A DNA stretch of 64,000 bases from a virus. Positions 19,264 through 25,818 of the stretch are shown one piece after another; positions within the stretch are counted from its first letter, which is position 1, and each line of letters opens with the position of its first letter. Location: IMG/VR virus record IMGVR_UViG_3300002460_000003, positions 1 to 64,000 of that record, one strand, 5' to 3'. The translations under genes and the position numbers were made by a program. The notes beneath the pieces are model-generated. The model was not told where the DNA came from, searched no databases, and saw only the letters and a list, made by a program, of their open reading frames with translations.

Positions 19264-19403
19264 ATTATTTCTCCTCTACGATTTGATGTACTTCACAAGG
19301 TTGTCCAGCAACTCTTTTAGTAATTGCGTCCAATAGGTCAGGCTCCCCTGCACACAGGATAACCCATATTGTGATAAAACCAAATAGCCATGCGTCATTC
19401 ATT

Positions 19404-19655
19404 TCAAGCCTCCTTTGGAATATTTATAAGCTTGTGTGTTGAATGATCAAAACCTTCTGGAATGAAACCCCTTGCGATTAGAAGCTCGATTGCTTCACTA
19501 GTAGACCACTCATCATAGACACAATCTTCACAGTAAACTCCTTCATGTAGTCCATTCACAACCGGACACACATCATCCTCACAGTATTTACAGCCATGTA
19601 CTGAGCAACAGTGTGTAGCGTGAACACCAAAGCTGCTATCATCTTTATTAATCAT
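19404..19655 (-). CDS. hypothetical Cys/His-rich protein
   Basis: HCCSVHGCKY..CPV..CEDC. Confidence 0.7.
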   Translation of the reverse strand: MINKDDSSFGVHATHCCSVHGCKYCEDDVCPVVNGLHEGVYCEDCVYDEWSTSEAIELLIARGFIPEGFDHSTHKLINIPKEA

Positions 19656-19984
19656 TTCATTTCATCCATTGCTTTTAGGAGACAAGGCTTACAAATACAC
19701 GCTGTAGAAGATTCGTAATCAGGTTCTTCACCAAGCTGTATCGCTTTCAATACACTCTCATTACATTCATTACAATATATACTAGTCCAAGAAGTATTTC
19801 CAATTGTTTTATCAACATCTTTATAATCTGGGTGACAACCCAGTGCTACTAGCTTGTAGTAAATGACTTCCTTATCATTTCCATACTGCCACTCCCCTTT
19901 ACGGAAGTATGTCTGCTTCCATTCTGAAGCTGCATTAGCAGCCCGACCCTCTCTAGTAATCACTTTCATTTCAATCCCTCCCAA
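19652..19984 (-). CDS. hypothetical Zn-finger protein
   Basis: CNEC ... ICKPC. Confidence 0.7.
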   Translation of the reverse strand: MGGIEMKVITREGRAANAASEWKQTYFRKGEWQYGNDKEVIYYKLVALGCHPDYKDVDKTIGNTSWTSIYCNECNESVLKAIQLGEEPDYESSTACICKPCLLKAMDEMK

Positions 19985-20157
19985 TATTTCTCAACAGGTA
20001 CACCCTGAATGTAAGATTTCATAGCGTCCTTAGTCTCTACTACAGTCATGTCCCGGTCAAGCTTTTCTTTCAAATAATTGATGAAGCCACACCAAGATGT
20101 GTTTGGATAAATTGGTTCTATCATCCCACAAGCTCCCCTGTCTTCCGCACAATCCAT
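19966..20157 (-). CDS. hypothetical protein
   Basis: ORF in operon. Confidence 0.6.
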   Translation of the reverse strand: MDCAEDRGACGMIEPIYPNTSWCGFINYLKEKLDRDMTVVETKDAMKSYIQGVPVEKYWEGLK

Positions 20158-20360
20158 TCAGGGGTTGCACTGAACTCCAGCTTCTCAACCCTAAATAAGT
20201 GTTCATCAAAACACGCTTCACATTTGTAGAACTCCTTTACATCCTCTTGACTTTTGAAGAAGCCCTCGAAGAGTTTCACTACACAGCAATAGCACGTCTC
20301 CTGATTATCAATCAACACCCATCGGTAGTAAATTACGTCTTCCATCTTTCCTCTCCTCAT
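20121..20360 (-). CDS. hypothetical protein (start probably 20345)
   Basis: first gene after leftward promoter. Confidence 0.65.
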   Translation of the reverse strand: MRRGKMEDVIYYRWVLIDNQETCYCCVVKLFEGFFKSQEDVKEFYKCEACFDEHLFRVEKLEFSATPEWIVRKTGELVG

Positions 20361-20378
20361 TAGTTAATCACAAGACCT

Positions 20379-20407
20379 ATGTTAACTCATTTTCTGAGGG
20401 AATGCAA
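20379..20407 (-). promoter_or_regulatory. leftward sigma70-like promoter
   Basis: TTGCAT-N17-TAACAT. Confidence 0.6.
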
Positions 20408-20453
20408 GGGCTGTTGTGAATTATTTTATGAGGCTCTTGGGATACAAGAGGTG

Positions 20454-20482
20454 TTGACAAGGTGTGGATGTGGGTGTAGTAT
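20454..20482 (+). promoter_or_regulatory. rightward sigma70-like promoter
   Basis: TTGACA-N17-TAGTAT. Confidence 0.7.
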
Positions 20483-20534
20483 AGGTGGCATGTGAGGACA
20501 GAGGAGGAGGGTATACGAACTTTATACACATAGG

Positions 20535-20789
20535 TACACGCAGAAAATACAATTACCTATACGCAATTAGTGCGTAAGAGTAAGATAGAGAGAATAAGAT
20601 AGAAAAAGAAAGATAGAAAAGCTTTACCGCTGATACCATAAGATATACGTCAGAGCGAAGACATCTTCTTTTGATTTTATCATTATGTAATTGATTATTG
20701 CATGGCTGTAGATTTGTGCTGTATCATATTCCTTTGTATCAGAGCGAAGCTAAACGAAATAGACTGGAATACGTAGTTTCTGCGTATAG
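20535..20789. repeat. repeat-rich non-coding region, candidate origin/operator
   Basis: TA(C/T)ACGCA motifs at 20535, 20558, inverted at 20571 and 20773-20789; AAGATAGA x3 at 20582-20617; TCAGAGCGAAG twice. Confidence 0.5.
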
Positions 20790-20819
20790 TCTCTAAGAAG
20801 TATTCCCAAGGAGAAGAAT

Positions 20820-20945
20820 GTGGACCTTTATATACCCCGTGACTTGAGAGAGTGGATTGACGCAAACCGTGGTGAAATGAGCAGACAGGCTTTCATCATT
20901 AAATTTATGTTTAAGCTAAAGGAGATGGACGAAATGAAGAAGTAG
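20820..20945 (+). CDS. 41-aa ribbon-helix-helix (CopG/Arc-like) protein, not in ORF track
   Basis: AAGGAG SD + GTG; MDLYIPRDLREWIDANRGEMSRQAFIIKFMFKLKEMDEMKK has the RHH beta-P-helix-xSR-helix pattern. Confidence 0.65.
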   Translation: MDLYIPRDLREWIDANRGEMSRQAFIIKFMFKLKEMDEMKK

Positions 20946-21004
20946 ATAGAATCACACATAACTAACTAAAACTATATAACTATTAAAACTTAAGGTATAA
21001 GAAA

Positions 21005-21469
21005 ATGGAAGAATATGAACAATACGTAAAGTTGCCATACACGTTAATGGCTGCGCAGGGATACATAAACAAAGACACTGGTGAGTATGTAAAAATATCT
21101 CAAGGTGCAAAATTTGTTTACCTTTATCTAAAGGCAAGGAATCAATTCTTTGTTGTAGAGCGTGGTGGTGATCACTTTGAAGCCCAAAGCACAATTGCTG
21201 AAGCAGTTGGTATGGATACTAGAAGGGTGCACGAAATTATTTTAGAGTTCATTAAAAATGGAGTTGTGTATGCAGAAAAGGAGGCTTGCAGCAACGGAAG
21301 ACGATGGCACTACCGTAAGGTCAATAATTTAGTTTTGTGGAAAGGGAAGGATAAAACCCCAGTGAATCAGGGGAAGAAAGCTGCAAAACAACGTTGTCCA
21401 GATGCTCCTCATATGGATGAGGTTCCAGAGTGGCTTTGGAATGATGATCTTAACGGAGGTGAATTCTAA
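21005..21469 (+). CDS. winged HTH protein resembling replication-initiator N-terminal domains
   Basis: YVKLPY.L..ISQGAKFVYLYL..QSTIAEAVGMDTRRVHEIILEF.KNG.V. Confidence 0.65.
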   Translation: MEEYEQYVKLPYTLMAAQGYINKDTGEYVKISQGAKFVYLYLKARNQFFVVERGGDHFEAQSTIAEAVGMDTRRVHEIILEFIKNGVVYAEKEACSNGRRWHYRKVNNLVLWKGKDKTPVNQGKKAAKQRCPDAPHMDEVPEWLWNDDLNGGEF

Positions 21470-21681
21470 TGAATCTAGATTGTGAAAGTTGTGGTATAGG
21501 CTATATGATTGATAAGAAGAGGGATCGTCAGGAGACTTACCTTAGAGTGAGGGGTAAGATTAACGAGTATTTTTCCGAGTGTAATTTTTGTGGGCATAAA
21601 ACTCAGAGTGGTTGGCAGATCATAGTCAATCGAGATAACCACCTTTACTTCCATAGGATGGTAGAGAAAGGTATAGTTTAA
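21469..21681 (+). CDS. YgiT/MqsA-type zinc-finger protein without HTH
   Basis: CESCGIG.M..TY..CNFCG..FHRMVEKG. Confidence 0.6.
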   Translation: MNLDCESCGIGYMIDKKRDRQETYLRVRGKINEYFSECNFCGHKTQSGWQIIVNRDNHLYFHRMVEKGIV

Positions 21682-21689
21682 AATAGTGA

Positions 21690-21718
21690 TTGACACAAGG
21701 ACGTGTCTCTTGTATAAA
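21690..21718 (+). promoter_or_regulatory. sigma70-like promoter
   Basis: TTGACA-N17-TATAAA. Confidence 0.6.
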
Positions 21719-21747
21719 TGGAGTTGTTTAACAATTAGGAGGTAAAA

Positions 21748-22131
21748 ATGAACAATTGTCCAATATGCAAAACAGAGCTAATTGAACGCAATGGTAAATT
21801 TGGCCCGTTCATCTGCTGTCCAAAAGGTAATCATGGTACATTTAGTATCCAAGGCAGTACTCTGTATTTTACAGGTGCTGTCGGTTCCATGCTAAAGCAG
21901 GGTAGGATGCAGCAAGCTTACGATACACTTGCTTTACAATATATTGATACTGGTGTATCATTCCAACCTACACTTTCACAAATGATGAATGCTCAACTGG
22001 CTCAGTTTGGTTGGGACAGCTCTAATGAGTTGAATCAGCTTGCAGAATTTGCTGTTGGTGATCCAGATCATATGTGGGATGAAGATGAGTTGAATAATTC
22101 AGGGGCATGGTGGAATACTCGGATGTATTAA
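21748..22131 (+). CDS. protein with N-terminal topoisomerase-type C4 zinc ribbon
   Basis: CPICKTELIERNGKFGPFICCP. Confidence 0.7.
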   Translation: MNNCPICKTELIERNGKFGPFICCPKGNHGTFSIQGSTLYFTGAVGSMLKQGRMQQAYDTLALQYIDTGVSFQPTLSQMMNAQLAQFGWDSSNELNQLAEFAVGDPDHMWDEDELNNSGAWWNTRMY

Positions 22132-22143
22132 TAGGAGGATAAA

Positions 22144-22533
22144 ATGAACATCATTATAGAAAAACGACAATACAGTAAATCTCTGTTATCCTCATACCCA
22201 AGCAGGATTTTTGTATTTGGTGATAACATGAAACGTTATGGTAAGCGAGGTCAAGCCATCATACGAGATGAACCAAACGCTTTTGGAATAGCCACAAAGC
22301 GATACCCAAGTATGGATGATTGGGCATTCTTTTCTGACAAAGACGATGAGTTTGATTGTGTACTAGGTGATCTTAGGAAACTCTATAAGCTCAGTAAAGG
22401 TAACACAATTGTATTCCCAGCAGCAGGTATTGGAACAGGATTAGCTGACATGGAGAATAGAAGTTTTGCTTTATGGTCTAAGATGAATTCAATACTTAAA
22501 GATTATTTTGGTTATATTAACGGAAACAGTTGA
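22144..22533 (+). CDS. phage protein of the IFVFG(D/S)N family, possibly macrodomain-related
   Basis: IFVFGDN..GQA.IR..NAFGIATK..GIGTGLA. Confidence 0.65.
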   Translation: MNIIIEKRQYSKSLLSSYPSRIFVFGDNMKRYGKRGQAIIRDEPNAFGIATKRYPSMDDWAFFSDKDDEFDCVLGDLRKLYKLSKGNTIVFPAAGIGTGLADMENRSFALWSKMNSILKDYFGYINGNS

Positions 22534-22558
22534 CTTATTGATTTATGATTGCTACAAT
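22530..22558 (+). promoter_or_regulatory. sigma70-like promoter (extended -10)
   Basis: TTGACT-N17-TACAAT with TG at -15/-14. Confidence 0.7.
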
Positions 22559-22598
22559 GTGTCTTATCAGCCAACAAGAATAACAAAGGTAATCAAAC

Positions 22599-22763
22599 AT
22601 GGAATACGAAGACATCTTAGAACTACTAGATGATTACGATGAAAGGTTCATTATAGTAGACTACGAACAAGAAGAAACAGAAGTAGCATTCAGATGGGAG
22701 TATCAACATGAGTCAATCACCGAGGTAGATACTTACTTTAGAAAGATTCATGCTGATTATTAA
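22599..22763 (+). CDS. 54-aa highly acidic protein, not in ORF track
   Basis: AAAGGT SD; MEYEDILELLDDYDERFIIVDYEQEETEVAFRWEYQHESITEVDTYFRKIHADY. Confidence 0.65.
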   Translation: MEYEDILELLDDYDERFIIVDYEQEETEVAFRWEYQHESITEVDTYFRKIHADY

Positions 22764-22770
22764 ATAATGC

Positions 22771-22799
22771 TTGACAAACTGTCATAAAACTGCTATAGT
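22771..22799 (+). promoter_or_regulatory. sigma70-like promoter of the RNA operon
   Basis: TTGACA-N17-TATAGT, TG extended -10. Confidence 0.75.
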
Positions 22800-22846
22800 T
22801 CAATTGTAAGAGTAGTGGTTTTTCTGACGCTATTATTTAGATTTCT

Positions 22847-22944
22847 AAAGACCTGATGCTATACTTCGCAAGAAGTATCCTCCTCCAGCATCTCAAGGGT
22901 CTTTCTACAACTTTACTTTTCCTCTCCTCCTAAGTAAAGTTGTA
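22847..22944 (+). ncRNA. two stem-loops exposing CCUCC (anti-SD-like) sequences
   Basis: branched stem 22847-22904 with unpaired CCTCCTCC; perfect 13-bp stem 22906-22944 with loop TTCCTCTCCTCCT. Confidence 0.5.
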
Positions 22945-22951
22945 TTTTAAT

Positions 22952-23099
22952 GTGTTTTGAAAACGTGCGTGACACGTCAATGCCTAGTCGGGCAGCAAGG
23001 TAGTTCAGAGGCAGAACACCGCATTGAAAAGCGGAATAGTCGGCGAGTCAGATAAGTCCCTTGCGTAGATAGGAATTCACACCTATCCAGAACACACCA
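22952..23099 (+). ncRNA. composite tRNA-like RNA (tRNA-like domain nested in a CCA-ending acceptor stem)
   Basis: GTGTTTTG/CAGAACAC-A-CCA closing stem; inner GCAAGG..CCTTGC with canonical D arm TAGTTCAGAGGCAGAACA. Confidence 0.55.
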
Positions 23100-23130
23100 A
23101 AATGCAACTCATTGCAAAGAGAATAATAAG

Positions 23131-23529
23131 ATGGCATATAAAAAACCAGAATATAAGATTCCTAAGGGAGTCTCAGGGAACCCAGCAGGTTCTACACAGA
23201 AAGTACGGATTATTAAATCCCCTCTGCGTAAGACAGCAGACAGTCTTCGTGAAGTAGAAGAAGATGCTTTGAAGTCAATCAAGGCTGCTGTCAAAGGTGA
23301 TAAGATTGATAAAGATCAATTGGACACTAGTAAGTGGGTTATCAGTATGATCCAAACTCTAGATAAGAGTGCTTCTGCTGAAGAGATTGCATCCGCCAAA
23401 GTGAGACTTGATGCAAAGAAAGCTCAAGAGAATGGCGCTGGTGTAGAAGATATGCACACTGCTGAAGTTGTCCCAATGTCATCCCGTCTGAAGCTCACAT
23501 ATGATGCTGATGAAGAGGTTGATGAGTAA
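23131..23529 (+). CDS. probable terminase small subunit
   Basis: KGVSGNPAG motif typical of TerS/DUF5681; upstream of terL. Confidence 0.6.
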   Translation: MAYKKPEYKIPKGVSGNPAGSTQKVRIIKSPLRKTADSLREVEEDALKSIKAAVKGDKIDKDQLDTSKWVISMIQTLDKSASAEEIASAKVRLDAKKAQENGAGVEDMHTAEVVPMSSRLKLTYDADEEVDE

Positions 23530-23538
23530 AGAATTAAT

Positions 23539-23621
23539 GCTGGCTCATGGTTGGCTCGTTTATTCGTAGTCTAGAATACGGTAGACTTGTCGAAGGTTCG
23601 ATTCCTTTAAGCTTAGCTCCA
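23539..23621 (+). ncRNA. aberrant tRNA-like element / pseudo-tRNA
   Basis: GCTGGCT/AGCTTAGC acceptor, GAAGG-TTCGATT-CCTTT T arm, TCCA end; no canonical D arm or 7-nt anticodon loop. Confidence 0.55.
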
Positions 23622-23628
23622 GTTTAAA

Positions 23629-24076
23629 TATCAATCTAGTTATTCACCAATAGTGAGGGTATTTTGAGATTGATAAACTAATTTGAAGTGTCGGCTTAAA
23701 TTATCGGAGAACGCGGCCGTGAACCCACTCCGAGCTTCAAATACAAAGCTCTGAAAAGGTTATTTAAATATAATCGTCTTCTGTAATGGAACAGAGAATC
23801 TAATCAAGCTGCGTGCTTGGTATCGGAACTGCCTAGTTCCCCGAGGCTCTGGCGGGCCTCACCTATTAATAATGCACCGAGTGATATTCTCGCGGAAAAC
23901 ACGGCTGAGTAAGAGGTGATTAAGTTCATGTTTTACGAGGGTGCCTAAAAATATCCCGTTACACGCCATACGGTTCTGAGATGCGTAATGACTGTCAGGA
24001 AAGACTGATTAGTGGAGAGGGTAGGAAGTATGTCCTATCAGATACCGAGCGTAGGATTAGTGGTGGCTACGGTATC
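23629..24076 (+). ncRNA. candidate structured non-coding RNA(s)
   Basis: ORF-free, dense series of hairpins between pseudo-tRNA and tRNA-Asn. Confidence 0.45.
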
Positions 24077-24085
24077 AATTATTCT

Positions 24086-24160
24086 TGGTGAGTAGCTCAG
24101 AGGTAGAGCAGACGACTGTTAATCGTCCGGTCGGTGGTTCGATCCCACCCTTACCAGCCA
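24086..24160 (+). tRNA. trnN: tRNA-Asn (GTT)
   Basis: cloverleaf TGGTGAG/CTTACCA, GACGA-CTGTTAA-TCGTC, TTCGA loop, encoded CCA. Confidence 0.95.
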
Positions 24161-24165
24161 GATTT

Positions 24166-24241
24166 GCTGAGATACGCTAGTGGCCAAGTGGATTGCCTTG
24201 TAAGCAATAAGTCGTCAGTTCGACTCTGACTCTCAGCACCA
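24166..24241 (+). tRNA. trnT: tRNA-Thr (TGT)
   Basis: GCTGAGA/TCTCAGC, ATTGC-CTTGTAA-GCAAT, GTTCGA, encoded CCA. Confidence 0.92.
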
Positions 24242-24320
24242 CATAAACATCCCATTGTTAATACATGATGGTGAGTGTTATGAAAGAAAAATAATAAAGG
24301 AGATTGGCTAGAGCCAACTT

Positions 24321-25163
24321 ATGTCAATATCCGTAGTCAATCTCCCCAGCCTAACAGAGTATGTAAACTTAGTTTCACTCTCTGGTTTAGATGAAGATGA
24401 AAGTTTAATTCTAAGAAACAACACGTCTACTACAGCCTTTATTATTCAAGCTGTATCTAAGCCAAGTGATAGTGCTGTAGGTTATCCTATCCTCCCCGGC
24501 GAAACTCTTTTAGTACATACCAACTTCACTCCTGTTTGGATTAAGGGTGGTACTGGCCCTTTCATTGTACAAGAGCTTACCAGTACTATCACACCCTTCA
24601 CAGGTGTTGATCTTCCTGAGTCTGTCTACTCAAGTACAACAGAAGCCCTTAGACGTGTCAAGGTTAGCTCAGAACCCTCTGTTGCAGCAGGTGTTCTGCA
24701 TGGACTAACTTACGCTATCAGCGGTTCGTTCTCTGTAGCTGCTGGTGATTTTATAGCAATGAATATCAGCCCAGCTTCTGATATCTTAGTTCACAAGATT
24801 ACAACTAATCAAAATCTTGTATTCGATGTATATAATCAGCATGTTACAGGGACAGCAGATGGTATCTTCACAGCTAAGAACCTAAACCTTATTTCTGAGG
24901 ATATCAGTCCAGCACAAGGGCAGTTATATACACCAGCAACACCTGTTGGTGATATTATCTTCTCAGGTATCTCTGAAGACAATCCTTATATCATTGCTAG
25001 CTTCCTGAAGAAGCCTTCTGTAGTTGTAAAGAATACTACTGGCGGAATAGCTACTATAAAAATAACAATTATATTCGAAGAGTTTGGTCCGAGGGAGGCA
25101 TCATTCGGTTTGACAGCTTCAACCTTACTACTCTCAAATACGGAGATGAGCACCTTTGGCTAG
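24321..25163 (+). CDS. putative virion-associated protein
   Basis: 280-aa S/T/V-rich ORF ahead of packaging genes. Confidence 0.65.
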   Translation: MSISVVNLPSLTEYVNLVSLSGLDEDESLILRNNTSTTAFIIQAVSKPSDSAVGYPILPGETLLVHTNFTPVWIKGGTGPFIVQELTSTITPFTGVDLPESVYSSTTEALRRVKVSSEPSVAAGVLHGLTYAISGSFSVAAGDFIAMNISPASDILVHKITTNQNLVFDVYNQHVTGTADGIFTAKNLNLISEDISPAQGQLYTPATPVGDIIFSGISEDNPYIIASFLKKPSVVVKNTTGGIATIKITIIFEEFGPREASFGLTASTLLLSNTEMSTFG

Positions 25164-25734
25164 ACAAATAATTCCTAATAGTGGCCTTTGGTCATCTATT
25201 GCAGCTATCATTAACGCTAACGATGCTGAGCTTTATAATGAAGTGAAGGTTGGTGTTTATGATTACAATGACTTGGCTACAGCTACTACGCCAATTAGTA
25301 TTGCAGTGGCTGGTACATATTATCCACTAACTAATGATGCTCTTGGTGCATTCACTAATCTCACTTATGCATTACCGGGTGTTCCTAATTTGTGGGATAC
25401 TATTACTCAGTCATTTGATTTCACTGACCTAGCATTGGGTGACACTGTAGATATTCGTTTGGATATCACTGTTACAAGTTCAGCTAACAACCAAGACTTC
25501 ACTGTCACATTATTCCTTGCAGATGGTACAGGTGGTCAATACGAACTACCATTAATCTCAGAGCGAAACTTCAAAGTAGCTGGCACAAGACAGCTTGTAG
25601 AGTTCACTGGTATTTATATGGGTGACACTAATACTTTGAATAATCCTGCTAGATTTAAGATTAAGTCTTCTAACACAGGTAGTGTTATAGTCAATGGTTG
25701 GTATGTTCGTGCAATTAAACGGGTATTAGCTTAA
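25156..25734 (+). CDS. putative virion structural protein
   Basis: beta-rich ORF, GGAG SD (TTG start). Confidence 0.7.
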   Translation: MARQIIPNSGLWSSIAAIINANDAELYNEVKVGVYDYNDLATATTPISIAVAGTYYPLTNDALGAFTNLTYALPGVPNLWDTITQSFDFTDLALGDTVDIRLDITVTSSANNQDFTVTLFLADGTGGQYELPLISERNFKVAGTRQLVEFTGIYMGDTNTLNNPARFKIKSSNTGSVIVNGWYVRAIKRVLA

Positions 25735-25751
25735 TTATTTTGTTATAGCTA

Positions 25752-25780
25752 TTGCTTTTAGAGAATTAAGTTGTTATAAT
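25752..25780 (+). promoter_or_regulatory. sigma70-like promoter upstream of terL
   Basis: TTGCTT-N17-TATAAT, TG extended -10. Confidence 0.65.
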
Positions 25781-25818
25781 TAATAATCTGAGATAGAGAA
25801 TAACAAATGGAATAAACA

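Noticed and set aside
20535-20789. CRISPR-like or mini-array
   Set aside because: Repeats are 8-16 nt, irregularly spaced and partly inverted; no repeat-spacer periodicity
22995-23064. Functional tRNA-Phe(GAA) or tRNA-Ser(TGA)
   Set aside because: 8-nt anticodon loop, 4-bp stem and no TTCRA T loop; reported only as a tRNA-like domain
23629-24076. tmRNA, RNase P, SRP or a known self-cleaving ribozyme
   Set aside because: No diagnostic core (GGGG 5' end with tag ORF, GAGGAAAGTCC, CAGG..GGAAGCAG, CUGAnGA..GAAA, HDV P3/L3) could be identified by eye
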